Assembly (NCBI GenBank): GCA_963845185.1
Contig: CAWJRG010000010.1
Location: 32,001-96,000 of the forward strand
DNA from: an uncultured bacterium
GTDB lineage: Bacteria; Oederibacteriota; PGYV01; CAWJRG01
Length of the DNA: 64,000 nt
Reading direction: 5' to 3'
Shown here: piece by piece, positions 1 through 9,699 of the stretch
How positions within the stretch are numbered: the first letter of the stretch is position 1
Layout: every line of letters begins with the position of its first letter
The notes under the pieces: model-generated
Told to the model about the DNA's origin: nothing
The model's input: only the letters and a program-made list of their open reading frames with translations
Database searches by the model: none
Translations under genes and position numbers: made by a program

Positions 1-120
1 CCGGGAAGCAGCGCTATAAACGGCAAGATTTTTGTGATTTATAACTAAGCAAGCGTTTATACAGTTTTGTTTTGCGGGGAATAAAGATAAATTTCAAAAT
101 TTTCGGGCGATAAAACTCTG

Positions 121-2247
121 CTATAATATTTTATATTCTTTCATTTTCGCTTTCAGTGTGTTCCTGTTTATGCCGAGCATTGCGGCTGTTTTTGACTTGT
201 TGTAATTCGTCTGTATCAGTATTTCCTCGACAAGTATCTTCTCAAGTTTCCCTACTATATTGGCATACAGGTTCTCGTCGCCTGTCATTTTTACTTCCTC
301 TGTCACCCAGTTTTTCAGGCTAAACTTATCGTCAGCGGAATTCTTGGCGTAGTTTATCACCGAGTCAGGTATCGCGGATTTGTCTATTATGTCGTTCCTC
401 GCAAGTATTACGCTCTTTTCAATTATGTTTTCAAGTTCCCTTATATTGCCCGGCCATGTATAATTCATGAATATATTTTCCGCGTCGCGGTCAATGCCTT
501 TTACGTTTTTCTTGTAAACCTTGTTGAATTTTTTTATGAAATAGTCAGCCAGAAGCAGCAGGTCATCCCGCCTTTCGCGCAAAGGCGGCATGTGGATGTT
601 GATTACATTCAGCCTAAAAAACAAATCAGGCCTGAATTTATTCTCCTCTATCATTTTTTGCAGGTCTTTATTTGTTGCCGTGATTATTCGAATGTCAACC
701 GGCACAATTTCCTCACTGCCCAGCGGCTGGATTTCCTTTTCCTGGATGGCACGCAGTATTTTCGGCTGCAGGTGCATCGGCATATCGCCTATCTCGTCAA
801 GGAATAAAGTTCCTGTGTCCGCTATTTCAAATTTGCCTTTTTTATCGAAAACCGCGCCTGTAAAAGCGCCTTTTTTATATCCAAATAATTCCGACTCAAG
901 CAGGTTCTCGGGGATTGCGGCGCAGTTCACGCTGATAAATTTGTTGTCACGTCTGTCGCTTAAAAAATGTATTACCTTTGCTATGAGCTCCTTGCCTGTG
1001 CCTGTCTCCCCTGTAATCAAAACAGACGCGGGCGTATTTGATATTGTCTTTACCTGTTCTATTACTTTTCTTAATGCTTCGTTTTTCCCGACTATATTCC
1101 TGAAACTGTACTCGTTTTTTAAAGTTTCCTTTAGCTCTATATTTTCAGTTATTAGCTTTCTTGTCTCCTCTTCCTGAAGCTGATGGTTCCTCACCCTGTA
1201 GGCAATCATCGAGGTTAAAAGCGTCATTGTATTTGTGATATCTTCAAAATGTTTTTTACTCTCAAATTTATTTTCAATCGCCAGGACTCCCAGTGCCTGG
1301 TTGTCTATTTTAATCGGCGAGGCTGTGAAAGATATCTGCCCCATGCCCGCCCTGTGTATCTTCATCCTGTTTAAGAATCTGGGCTCGTTGGCTATGTCTT
1401 TTACCGCTATTGTTTTGCCAGACTCGACAGCTCCTCCTATTATACCTTCCCCGATTTTGTATATTCCTTTTTTTATCGCCTCTTCGCTTATTTTATACCC
1501 GCAGTTGATTTTCAATGAACCCGGGTTGTCCTTGTCAAAAAGCACAAGCATGCCCCTTATTATTTCCATTTTGGTTTTTAAAATTTCCATGATTGAATTG
1601 AATATCTTGGGAAGGTCGTTTTCCTTCTCGATTATATCAAAAGCGCTTATAAGTATTTCCTGCGCGCTCACTTTCGACTGCAGGCTCTCCTGTGTCCGTT
1701 CCCTCAATATTATCTGCGCTGCAAGATCCGCCACCATGGTCAAAAGCTCAAGGTGATCCTCGGTAAAAGCGTTTACTGCGTTGCTGTCCACACTTATTAC
1801 TCCGATAAGCCAATTTTCTGTTTTTATGGGCACCGCTAGCTCCGCCTTTAGGTCTTTTCTTATGCTTACGTAAATCGGTTCCTGATTGATGTTGTTTAAA
1901 AGTTTTGGTGTTCCTGTTTTTGCCACCCAGCCTGTCACACCCTCGCCGATTTTCAATTTTGTGCTTTTCGCGGTTTCCTCTTTAAACCCCTTGCATGCGA
2001 GGATATCAAGTACGTTATTGTCCTTGTCTATAAGCATAACGCTTCCTGTAGTGGCATTTGTGAGCTCAACGCATTTTTCAAGTATTATTTCAAACAGTTC
2101 TTTGGCTGTGTGCGGCTTGTTCATTTCAACTGATATATAATGTATAAGCTTGAGCTTGTTGATTTTATTCTGCAGCAACTGACTGTCCTTAATGCCGTTA
2201 TAGGTTTCTGTCTTTATCTGTGATTCTTTTTTTGTCTTTTTTACCAT
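121..2247 (-). CDS. sigma54-dependent enhancer-binding activator, NifA-like architecture (GAF-GAF-AAA+-Fis HTH)
   Basis: Two GAF-like segments, Walker A GETGTGKE, ESELFGYKKGAFTGA, Walker B LFLDEIGD, WPGNIREL and C-terminal HTH NKSKTAAMLGINRNTL; no receiver domain. Confidence 0.93.
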   Translation of the reverse strand: MVKKTKKESQIKTETYNGIKDSQLLQNKINKLKLIHYISVEMNKPHTAKELFEIILEKCVELTNATTGSVMLIDKDNNVLDILACKGFKEETAKSTKLKIGEGVTGWVAKTGTPKLLNNINQEPIYVSIRKDLKAELAVPIKTENWLIGVISVDSNAVNAFTEDHLELLTMVADLAAQIILRERTQESLQSKVSAQEILISAFDIIEKENDLPKIFNSIMEILKTKMEIIRGMLVLFDKDNPGSLKINCGYKISEEAIKKGIYKIGEGIIGGAVESGKTIAVKDIANEPRFLNRMKIHRAGMGQISFTASPIKIDNQALGVLAIENKFESKKHFEDITNTMTLLTSMIAYRVRNHQLQEEETRKLITENIELKETLKNEYSFRNIVGKNEALRKVIEQVKTISNTPASVLITGETGTGKELIAKVIHFLSDRRDNKFISVNCAAIPENLLESELFGYKKGAFTGAVFDKKGKFEIADTGTLFLDEIGDMPMHLQPKILRAIQEKEIQPLGSEEIVPVDIRIITATNKDLQKMIEENKFRPDLFFRLNVINIHMPPLRERRDDLLLLADYFIKKFNKVYKKNVKGIDRDAENIFMNYTWPGNIRELENIIEKSVILARNDIIDKSAIPDSVINYAKNSADDKFSLKNWVTEEVKMTGDENLYANIVGKLEKILVEEILIQTNYNKSKTAAMLGINRNTLKAKMKEYKIL

Positions 2248-2374
2248 ATTTTTCCTTGTATCCAGAGTAATCCACCATAGCCTTGGCGAAGGCTGATAGT
2301 TTTGTCTCTTTTTTAATCAAAAATTTTTACCTATTATAAGGGTTTATTAATAAAATTTCAACACCAAAGTAAAA

Positions 2375-2423
2375 TGATTATTTTTTAACCACCTGTATTA
2401 AAAAATCCGTTAAAAATTAATCA
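2375..2423. promoter_or_regulatory. candidate tandem upstream activator sites (17-bp imperfect palindromes)
   Basis: TGATTA-TTTTT-TAACCA (2375-2391) and CCGTTA-AAAAT-TAATCA (2407-2423), 32 bp apart, about 100-130 bp upstream of the sigma54 promoter. Confidence 0.5.
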
Positions 2424-2485
2424 AAATTCATGGCTGCTGAATACCCCTCCTGTTCTTTACCCTTATTTTTAAGATACATTTTTTA

Positions 2486-2500
2486 TGGCATACCGATTGC
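2486..2500 (+). promoter_or_regulatory. sigma54 (-24/-12) promoter of glnA-amtB-glnK
   Basis: TGGCATACCGATTGC is GG-N10-GC, near consensus TGGCAC-N5-TTGC; adjacent divergent sigma54 activator. Confidence 0.88.
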
Positions 2501-2576
2501 TCTTATTAATTATATATACATTTATTTGACCATGGGTAGTTCTAACTGCCCTAAACTTTAGCAGCGGAGGTGAAAA

Positions 2577-2663
2577 ATGGATATGGCAAGCGAGAAATTG
2601 GGATTTTCTGTAACCCACCCACCATTCATTTCATCGTATTGTTTTACCACATCTTCCCCGTAA
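2577..2663 (+). CDS. putative 28-aa leader ORF (MDMASEKLGFSVTHPPFISSYCFTTSSP)
   Basis: Strong SD GGAGGTG 4 nt before ATG 2577 (second ATG at 2583), stop TAA at 2661-2663, inside the glnA leader. Confidence 0.4.
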   Translation: MDMASEKLGFSVTHPPFISSYCFTTSSP

Positions 2664-2757
2664 TTTTAAGTTTTTGACCTGTTTGATGCATTTTTATTTA
2701 CGGCTTTCAATTATGCCGGACTAAAAATTTTAAAAATTTGCAAAAGGAGGCCATAAA

Positions 2758-4202
2758 ATGGCAGACGAAAAAGAAATCCAGAGAGTGTACAAGCTTATCA
2801 AGGACAACAACATCAAGTTCGTAGATTTAAGATTTATCGACATGCCGGGCATTTGGCAGCATTTCTCGGTTCCGGCCGGGGAGCTTTTCGAAGCGGATGG
2901 AAAGCCATCAAGCATATGGGCCGAAGCAATTGGTTTTGACGGCTCATCAATCAGGGGTTTCCAGAGCATCCACGAATCAGACATGCTGTTGTATCTCGAC
3001 CCGACAACTGCAATAGTCGACCCTGTGCTCGAAGTGCCGACAGTCAGCATTGTATGCGATGTTTTTGACCCGATTTCAAAAAAGCCTTATTCCAGGATCC
3101 GAGGTACATTGCGAAAAAAGCCGAGGAATACCTGAAATCCACAGGCATAGCCGACACGAGCTATTGGGGGCCCGAGCTGGAGTTTTTCATATTTAACGAT
3201 ATCAGGTTTGATTCAACTACAAACGGGACTTTTTACCACATTGATTCTATAGAAGGCAACTGGAACAACGGCCGTGAAGAGAACCCGAACCTTGGCTACA
3301 AAATCAGGAACAAGGAGGGTTACTTCCCTGTCCCACCGCATGATTCCATACAGGACCTGCGAAGCAAGATAGTTTTAAAAATGCTGGCATCCGGCATACC
3401 GGTTGAGGTCCATCACCACGAAGTCGCAACAGCCGGACAGTGCGAAATAGACATGAGGTTTGGCTCACTTACGAAAATGGCCGACAATACCATTCTTTTC
3501 AAGTACATAGTCAAGAATGTTTCCAAGCAGAACAACATGGTCGCTTCCTTCATGCCAAAGCCGCTTTTCGGCGACAATGGATCGGGGATGCATGTGCACC
3601 AGTCGCTCTGGAAAAACGGCACCAACCTTTTCTTTGACAAAAACGGCTATGCCCAGATAAGCGAACTAGCGAAGTATTATATAGGAGGCCTGTTAAAGCA
3701 CGCGAAGAGCCTGCTGGGTTTCTGCGCGCCGACTACTAACTCTTATAAAAGGCTTGTGCCCGGATTCGAAGCGCCGGTCAACCTTGTTTACTCAGCCAGG
3801 AACCGCTCGGCAGCTGTCAGGATTCCGATGTATTCGGAGAACCCAAAGACAAAAAGAATCGAGTTCAGGCCGCCGGATCCTTCCTCAAACCAGTACCTTG
3901 CCTTCTCGGCAATGCTCATGGCAGGCCTCGACGGTATACAGAACAAAATAGATCCTGGCAAGCCGCTCGACAAAAACATTTATGAGCTGTCCAAGGAAGA
4001 AATGAAAACCGTTCCTACAGTTACAAAATCACTTGACGAATCACTTGAGGCCCTTGAAAAAGATAACGCCTATTTGTTACAGGGAAACGTATTTACAAAG
4101 GATCTGATTGACACATGGATTGACTACAAAAAAGAAAAGGAAGTGGATCCTGTAAGATTAAGGCCGCATCCTTACGAGTTCAGCCTATACTTCGATATTT
4201 AA
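2758..4202 (+). pseudogene. glnA: type I glutamine synthetase split by a single-base frameshift near 3095 (true lesion or sequencing error)
   Basis: 5' ORF has VDLRFID and FDGSSIRGF; the -1 frame continues [31 protein letters not shown] and joins the ORF with [38 protein letters not shown] and NIYEL; one extra G gives ~481 aa. Confidence 0.9.
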
Positions 4203-4209
4203 TCTGATT

Positions 4210-4242
4210 ACAGCCGCCGTGTAGAGGCGCGGCGGCTGTTTT
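4210..4242 (+). terminator. GC-rich hairpin with T tract after glnA
   Basis: ACAGCCGCCG...CGGCGGCTGT followed by TTT. Confidence 0.65.
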
Positions 4243-4335
4243 ATCCTTTTTCCTCTGCGGGGGCGGTTTGGTCAACCGCCCCTTTAAATTCCCGCCGGGC
4301 AATCCGGCGGTCAATAAATTCAGGAGGCGGATAAG

Positions 4336-5652
4336 ATGAAAAGGATTTTTTATGTCTTGTTTTTGCTTTTGGTTGTTTCTGTTTTTTCTTTCGCCGACAG
4401 CAATCAGGCCGCGGCAGCCGTGAAAATCGACTCAGGGGACACAGCCTGGGTGCTGGTGGCTGCGGCGCTGGTCATGCTTATGACGCCTGGACTTGCTTTC
4501 TTTTATGGCGGTCTGGTAAGAAGAAAAAATGTTCTCGGCGTTTTAATGCAGTGCATGGCTGCCCTGTGCGTGATAAGCGTTCAGTGGGTTGTCTTCGGCT
4601 ATTCCCTTTCGTTCTCGCCAGGCAACGGGCTCATAGGCTCGCTTGACTGGTCATTCCTTAAAAACGTCGGCTACATGCCTTACGCGGAATACGCACCGAC
4701 AATTCCTCATAACGTATTCATGATTTTCCAGGCAATGTTTGCCATAATCACCCCAGCGCTTATACTGGGCGCTTTTGCCGAAAGGATGAAATTTTCATCC
4801 TATCTCGTTTTTATTTTGCTATGGGCGACTTTTGTTTATGACCCTGTTGCGCACTGGGTTTGGGGCTCGGGCGGCTGGCTGAAAAAGCTCGGCGTGCTTG
4901 ATTTCGCGGGCGGAACAGTCGTGCATATAAACGCCGGAATCGCAGCACTTGTGACAGCGCTCGTCATAGGCAAGAGGAAAAATTACAACCTCACTCCGCC
5001 GCCGCCGCACAACCTGCCTTTTTCCGTACTAGGAGCAGGGCTTTTGTGGTTTGGCTGGTTTGGTTTTAACGCAGGCAGCGCGCTTGCGGCAAACGGCATT
5101 GCCGGCAATGCTTTTATTGTAACAAATACATCTGCCGCAATTGCAGCCATAACCTGGGCCATACTCGACAAAATATTCAACAAAAGGCCGACAATGCTTG
5201 GCGCCATAACAGGCGCTGTTGCAGGCCTTGCTGCTATAACTCCATCAGCAGGTTTTGTAAATGTTTCCAGTTCGCTAATAATAGGCATAGTCGCGAGCTG
5301 CGTGTGCTTTTTCTTTGTAGTCGTTATCAAGGCAAAAGCCGGCTATGACGACACTCTTGATGCGTTCGGCGTCCACGGCATAGGTTGTATCTGGGGCACA
5401 ATGGCTACCGGGCTTTTCACGACAAAACTTATAAATCCCTCTGGCGCTGACGGACTTTTTTACGGCAACCCGCACCAGTTCCTCATCCAGCTTCTTGCAG
5501 TGGGAGTAACGGTTGTTTATTCCTTTGTAGCGACTCTCATTATTTACAAAATCATTGACCTGGTAATGGGCGTCAGGGCCGTGGCCAAGGATGAGGCAAT
5601 AGGGCTAGACCTGTCACAGCATCATGAAAGTGCGTACACATTAATAGAATAA
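4336..5652 (+). CDS. amtB: ammonium transporter
   Basis: GDTAWVL, MTPGLAFFYGG, LDFAGGTVVH, WFGWFGFNAGS, DDTLDAFGVHG; SD GGAGG. Confidence 0.97.
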   Translation: MKRIFYVLFLLLVVSVFSFADSNQAAAAVKIDSGDTAWVLVAAALVMLMTPGLAFFYGGLVRRKNVLGVLMQCMAALCVISVQWVVFGYSLSFSPGNGLIGSLDWSFLKNVGYMPYAEYAPTIPHNVFMIFQAMFAIITPALILGAFAERMKFSSYLVFILLWATFVYDPVAHWVWGSGGWLKKLGVLDFAGGTVVHINAGIAALVTALVIGKRKNYNLTPPPPHNLPFSVLGAGLLWFGWFGFNAGSALAANGIAGNAFIVTNTSAAIAAITWAILDKIFNKRPTMLGAITGAVAGLAAITPSAGFVNVSSSLIIGIVASCVCFFFVVVIKAKAGYDDTLDAFGVHGIGCIWGTMATGLFTTKLINPSGADGLFYGNPHQFLIQLLAVGVTVVYSFVATLIIYKIIDLVMGVRAVAKDEAIGLDLSQHHESAYTLIE

Positions 5653-5708
5653 CTATGGTTTTTTTGTATTAAACTGGTAAAGATAAAACTTAATTTGGAG
5701 GTAAAAAT

Positions 5709-6050
5709 ATGAAGCTGATCATCGCGATAATCCAGCCAAGCAAGCTGGAGGAAGTAAAGCAGGAACTTTATAAAGTCGAAGTAAACCTCATGACGGTAAA
5801 TGAGGTCCTTGGCCACGGCAGGCAAATGGGTATAACCGAGATTTACAGGGGCGTGAAGGAAACAGGCAACCTTTTGCGTAAGATCCGTCTGGAAATAGCT
5901 GTCAATGACAATTTTGTCGAGCCTACAGTAAAAGCCATAATGAAAGGCGCGCAGACAGGCGAAACCGGGAACGGCAAGATATTTATAATGCCGCTTGAAG
6001 AATGTATAAGGATAAGAACAGGAGAAAAAGGAAAGGTAGCTATAGGATAA
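5709..6050 (+). CDS. glnK: P-II nitrogen regulatory protein
   Basis: MKLIIAIIQP, GHGRQ.G, TGETGNGKIF, RIRTGE; follows amtB. Confidence 0.93.
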   Translation: MKLIIAIIQPSKLEEVKQELYKVEVNLMTVNEVLGHGRQMGITEIYRGVKETGNLLRKIRLEIAVNDNFVEPTVKAIMKGAQTGETGNGKIFIMPLEECIRIRTGEKGKVAIG

Positions 6051-6075
6051 ATCACAGTTTAAAATATTACAAAAT

Positions 6076-6118
6076 AAAAAAGCCTTCCGGTAAATACAGT
6101 TTACAGGAAGGCTTTTTT
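6076..6118. terminator. bidirectional intrinsic terminator
   Basis: AAAAAAGCCTTCC...GGAAGGCTTTTTT between convergent genes. Confidence 0.85.
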
Positions 6119-6125
6119 ATTGGTT

Positions 6126-6686
6126 TTAGGCGCGCCAGTTATTTATAAATGTATTATTAGGTGTGATATTATTGATGTTATTTTTTATTCTGTTGTTGTT
6201 CGCGGCAGCCAACGCTTTTAACAAATTAAGGAAGGTGTCGTTTAGCTGTGCGTTGTTCTGCTGTAGATTTTTTATTTGATTAACAACCGTATTATTTTGG
6301 TTTTGTACTGCATTGTTGTTGGCGTTTAATCCGGTATTATTCGGTTTTATTTGCCCTGCTGCCGGCTGTTGTGTTGCCATCCCCTGCTCCAGCGCCGCGA
6401 AAGCTCTTTGTGCTGCTGCAAGATTGCCGTTGCCGAGCGCCTGTCCGAGTTCTTTAAACGCAGTGGCTATCTGGTTATTTTGCGCGTTATTATCATTGTT
6501 TATATTATTTACCTTAAAATTGTTTACATCCTGCTGTACTGCAGCAAAAGCTTTTACCGCATTATTTACATTGCCGTTTTGCAATGCCTGCTTCAGGACA
6601 TTAAAATCCGCCTTCAGTTTCTGTATATTAATGTTCTGTAGTAAAGGCATTATATTATTGTTCCCTGTTATACCCGTTATAGCCAT
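6126..6686 (-). CDS. Asn/Gln-rich hypothetical protein with a duplicated helical motif
   Basis: SD GGAGGTG; motif F..L.QAL.NGN...A..AFAA..Q occurs twice. Confidence 0.75.
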   Translation of the reverse strand: MAITGITGNNNIMPLLQNINIQKLKADFNVLKQALQNGNVNNAVKAFAAVQQDVNNFKVNNINNDNNAQNNQIATAFKELGQALGNGNLAAAQRAFAALEQGMATQQPAAGQIKPNNTGLNANNNAVQNQNNTVVNQIKNLQQNNAQLNDTFLNLLKALAAANNNRIKNNINNITPNNTFINNWRA

Positions 6687-6749
6687 AAAAACACCTCCTG
6701 TTTAATTAAACTTTTAGCGTTAAATAACCGCATCTCTGTTTGTTCTATA

Positions 6750-6826
6750 ATGATATATTCAAAAATCCAAAAAGTCAAGATGTATTAAAAAATTATATTG
6801 ACTTTTAATCAAAAATAAAATATTAT
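6750..6826. promoter_or_regulatory. divergent sigma70-type promoter pair
   Basis: Minus strand TTGACT-17-TATCAT (6778-6750); plus strand TTGACT-17-TATTAT (6798-6826). Confidence 0.55.
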
Positions 6827-6864
6827 TGAGAAAATACATTAACAATCTAAGGAAGGTGCCAAAA

Positions 6865-7608
6865 ATGCCAACGAAAAGAAAATTAAAAAAGTCCGTTTTA
6901 AAGAAGAAAACACCAAGGGAAGCTTCTTCTGTTAAACTTGTAAACAAAAATTATTTAAGGCTCATAATAACTTCATTAATTATATTAATAGTTGTGGCAG
7001 CAGTTGCCGCCACATACTCTGTTATAAGAACAGCGCAGTTAAAAAAGCAGGCGAGCACTTCACAATTTTTAACCGTGCAGGATAAAGAAAAGAATAAAAC
7101 TTACCAGATCCCTATAAATCCCGCCTCAGTTTCAATAGCAGCGTCCCAGTCTCCTGTTACCGTTAATGTAATACCGCAAAATAACAATGTTACAAATCCT
7201 TCCGCTGTGACCACCACCGGAAAAAAATCCTTCAGACAATTGCTTAAGCCTGTTGCCTCCAAAGAAACAATTAACAGGATTGACCTTGATCAGGCAAAAT
7301 ACTTGTATAAAAGCGGCAAAGCACTTTTTATTGACGCAAGGGCGCTGACCGAATATCAAGAAGCTCATATTGCCGGCGCTATCCCTATACCTGCCGGCTC
7401 TGCCGCAGCTGATATACCAAAATTTGCAAATGTCCTTAAAGATAAAGTGCTTGTATCCTACTGTCACGGAGTGGGGTGTCATCTTTCTGATAAAACTGCT
7501 TATGCGCTTTATGACGCCGGCTACAGGAAAGTTTGCATTTTTTTTGGCGGATGGCCGCAGTGGACGCAGGCAAACCTGCCTATAACAAAAAAGGGCGACG
7601 CCAAATAA
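6865..7608 (+). CDS. membrane-anchored rhodanese-domain protein
   Basis: One TM helix, IDAR..EY..AHIAGAI, YCHGVGC active loop, GGWPQW. Confidence 0.85.
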   Translation: MPTKRKLKKSVLKKKTPREASSVKLVNKNYLRLIITSLIILIVVAAVAATYSVIRTAQLKKQASTSQFLTVQDKEKNKTYQIPINPASVSIAASQSPVTVNVIPQNNNVTNPSAVTTTGKKSFRQLLKPVASKETINRIDLDQAKYLYKSGKALFIDARALTEYQEAHIAGAIPIPAGSAAADIPKFANVLKDKVLVSYCHGVGCHLSDKTAYALYDAGYRKVCIFFGGWPQWTQANLPITKKGDAK

Positions 7609-7617
7609 CTTAAAATA

Positions 7618-8094
7618 ATGCAAAATAAAATAATCGCCTTTTTATCTCATCCAATAACACTTTCCGTAATAAAAATTATTATCGGAGGCCTATTTGTAAT
7701 TTCCAGCGTAACAAAAATTACTGATCCGCAAAAATTCGCAGATTCAATAGCTGCTTATCAACTGGTCCCGGAAGTGATAATCCCCCCTTTTTCAATTTTA
7801 ATCCCGTGGCTTCAATTTATATGCGGAATATTTTTGATACTTGACATCTTTGTCCAGAGTTCCGCTTTAATCTTGTGCGGTTTGCTGGCTGTTTACACCC
7901 TTGCTATATCCATTGATTTTATAAGAGGCATACAAATTGACTGCGGTTGCTTTGACCTTTTAGGCTTGGAGGATAAAATAGGTTTGCGCGCAATAATCAG
8001 GGATATATGTTTTCTTGCAATGACTTTCATGCTAGTTCTATTTGATAAAAACGGAATAAATTTTTACGGGCTTATTAAAAAATTCTTTAAATAG
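7618..8094 (+). CDS. MauE/DoxX-family membrane protein
   Basis: K..DP..FA..I..Y, IDCGCF, IIRD motifs; several TM helices. Confidence 0.85.
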   Translation: MQNKIIAFLSHPITLSVIKIIIGGLFVISSVTKITDPQKFADSIAAYQLVPEVIIPPFSILIPWLQFICGIFLILDIFVQSSALILCGLLAVYTLAISIDFIRGIQIDCGCFDLLGLEDKIGLRAIIRDICFLAMTFMLVLFDKNGINFYGLIKKFFK

Positions 8095-8884
8095 CCTTGC
8101 CTCGCTTTTCCAGCAATAAATGTCCATAAATCAATTTTATAAAAATAGTCCTCAAAAAATTCTTGAAACTCCTTGCCTTTTTATCAATATAATTTTCATC
8201 TTTTACCTTCCATTTTTCATTAAGAGCTTTTATATTAATAATCTCAAACTCGTTGCCCATTTTTTCTTTTACTTTGTTTAGCGTCTTACTCCCAAAATGA
8301 TGAATAAAAGAAGCGCCTGTCCTATAACTTTTAAACCCTGCTTTTTTAAGCCTTATATAAAAATCCGTATCCTCACCTATCCCGGTGACAAACCGTTCGT
8401 CAAAAACACCTATTTTTTTAAACCTGTCCTTTTTTATTATCATACACCATCCAAAAAATCCATCTTCCTTGATTTTTTTCATTTTATTAACATATTGCTC
8501 CGCATAACTGTCAAAATCATAATTCAACGCGCCCTCTCTTGTGCCCGGGCTTATTATTCCGGCATTATGGATTAATTCATAAACATCAAGTAATCCTTTC
8601 AGCCAGTCTTTACTTACAATAATATCGTTATTAATAATACAAACATAATCGCTTAAGGCCTTTTTTATGCCTTGATTCCACGCCCTTGCTACACCCATGT
8701 TTTTTTTATTGTAAATAAAGCTTATTTTATTTCTTTTTAAAAATTTGGCCGTTCCATCGCTTGATGCGTTGTCAACAACAAGTATTTTATAATCAATGTT
8801 TAAGGTGTTTTTAGATATGTTTTTTATACATAATTTTGTAAATTTCAATTGGTTGTAAACAGGAATTATAATTGTAATACTCAT
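8087..8884 (-). CDS. glycosyltransferase family 2
   Basis: IIIPVYN, VVDNASSDGT, NND, GEDTD. Confidence 0.92.
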   Translation of the reverse strand: MSITIIIPVYNQLKFTKLCIKNISKNTLNIDYKILVVDNASSDGTAKFLKRNKISFIYNKKNMGVARAWNQGIKKALSDYVCIINNDIIVSKDWLKGLLDVYELIHNAGIISPGTREGALNYDFDSYAEQYVNKMKKIKEDGFFGWCMIIKKDRFKKIGVFDERFVTGIGEDTDFYIRLKKAGFKSYRTGASFIHHFGSKTLNKVKEKMGNEFEIINIKALNEKWKVKDENYIDKKARSFKNFLRTIFIKLIYGHLLLEKRGKAI

Positions 8885-9687
8885 TATTTTATTTTTTTCA
8901 GTTTTTCTAAAATTTCATCATGAATTGCTTTATTGTTTGATATTATTATATTATAAGGTTTTGTCATGGATAGGCTTTTCAGAATTATTTCGTTTCCGTT
9001 CTCATCGCTGATTTCACATCCGCCAAGCTTTGAAATAAGCAAAAAAGGTGCGAAATTTTCCAGAGTGAGTTCGTTCCTATAATCCATAAAAGCCGTTGCT
9101 TTCCCCTTTATTACAAGTATTATTTCTCCTATTGTACTGCCGAGACAACGCACACTTTCAAACTTACCTAAAAAATTGAATAGTCTGTCTTTATGCTTAA
9201 ATTTAGAGTTTTTCACGGCTAAGAAAAGTAGTTTTCCTCTATCCTGTTTTTTTATTATTATTTTATTGAACTTTCCCCCGTTTAAAAAAATCCTCTTTTT
9301 ATTGCTATAAATATAATCACCAGTATAATAATTACCGACAAAAGAATAGACCGGCTTTAATCCGTAATCAAAAATAGCAAGGCCAAACGAGACAAATGGA
9401 ATCCCATTTGCATAATTATCAGAACCGTCTACCGGGTCTATAATTATATAATAAGGTTTATTCCCCATATTTTCATTTATTACTATTCTTTCTTTCGACT
9501 CCTCGGAAATTATAAAAGCCTTAAATTTTATTTTTTGTTTTAATATTGAAATTACATGGTTTTCAGTATGCTTGTCGAAATATTTGGTTGTTTGGCCTTT
9601 GGCATTTTTGCCTATTTCTTGGTTGGAAAGTCCTTTCAAAAGCCGTTTGCAAATTTCCTTAAAAACATTTGTTAGAATTTTTTTCAT
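8884..9687 (-). CDS. inositol monophosphatase-family protein
   Basis: ISEE and IIDPVDGS metal-binding motifs. Confidence 0.8.
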   Translation of the reverse strand: MKKILTNVFKEICKRLLKGLSNQEIGKNAKGQTTKYFDKHTENHVISILKQKIKFKAFIISEESKERIVINENMGNKPYYIIIDPVDGSDNYANGIPFVSFGLAIFDYGLKPVYSFVGNYYTGDYIYSNKKRIFLNGGKFNKIIIKKQDRGKLLFLAVKNSKFKHKDRLFNFLGKFESVRCLGSTIGEIILVIKGKATAFMDYRNELTLENFAPFLLISKLGGCEISDENGNEIILKSLSMTKPYNIIISNNKAIHDEILEKLKKIK

Positions 9688-9699
9688 TTATAAAAATAG

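Noticed and set aside
2271..2297. Short palindrome TCCACCATAGCCTTGGCGAAGGCTGA
   Set aside because: Looks like a degenerate interspersed palindrome, but there is only one copy in the window
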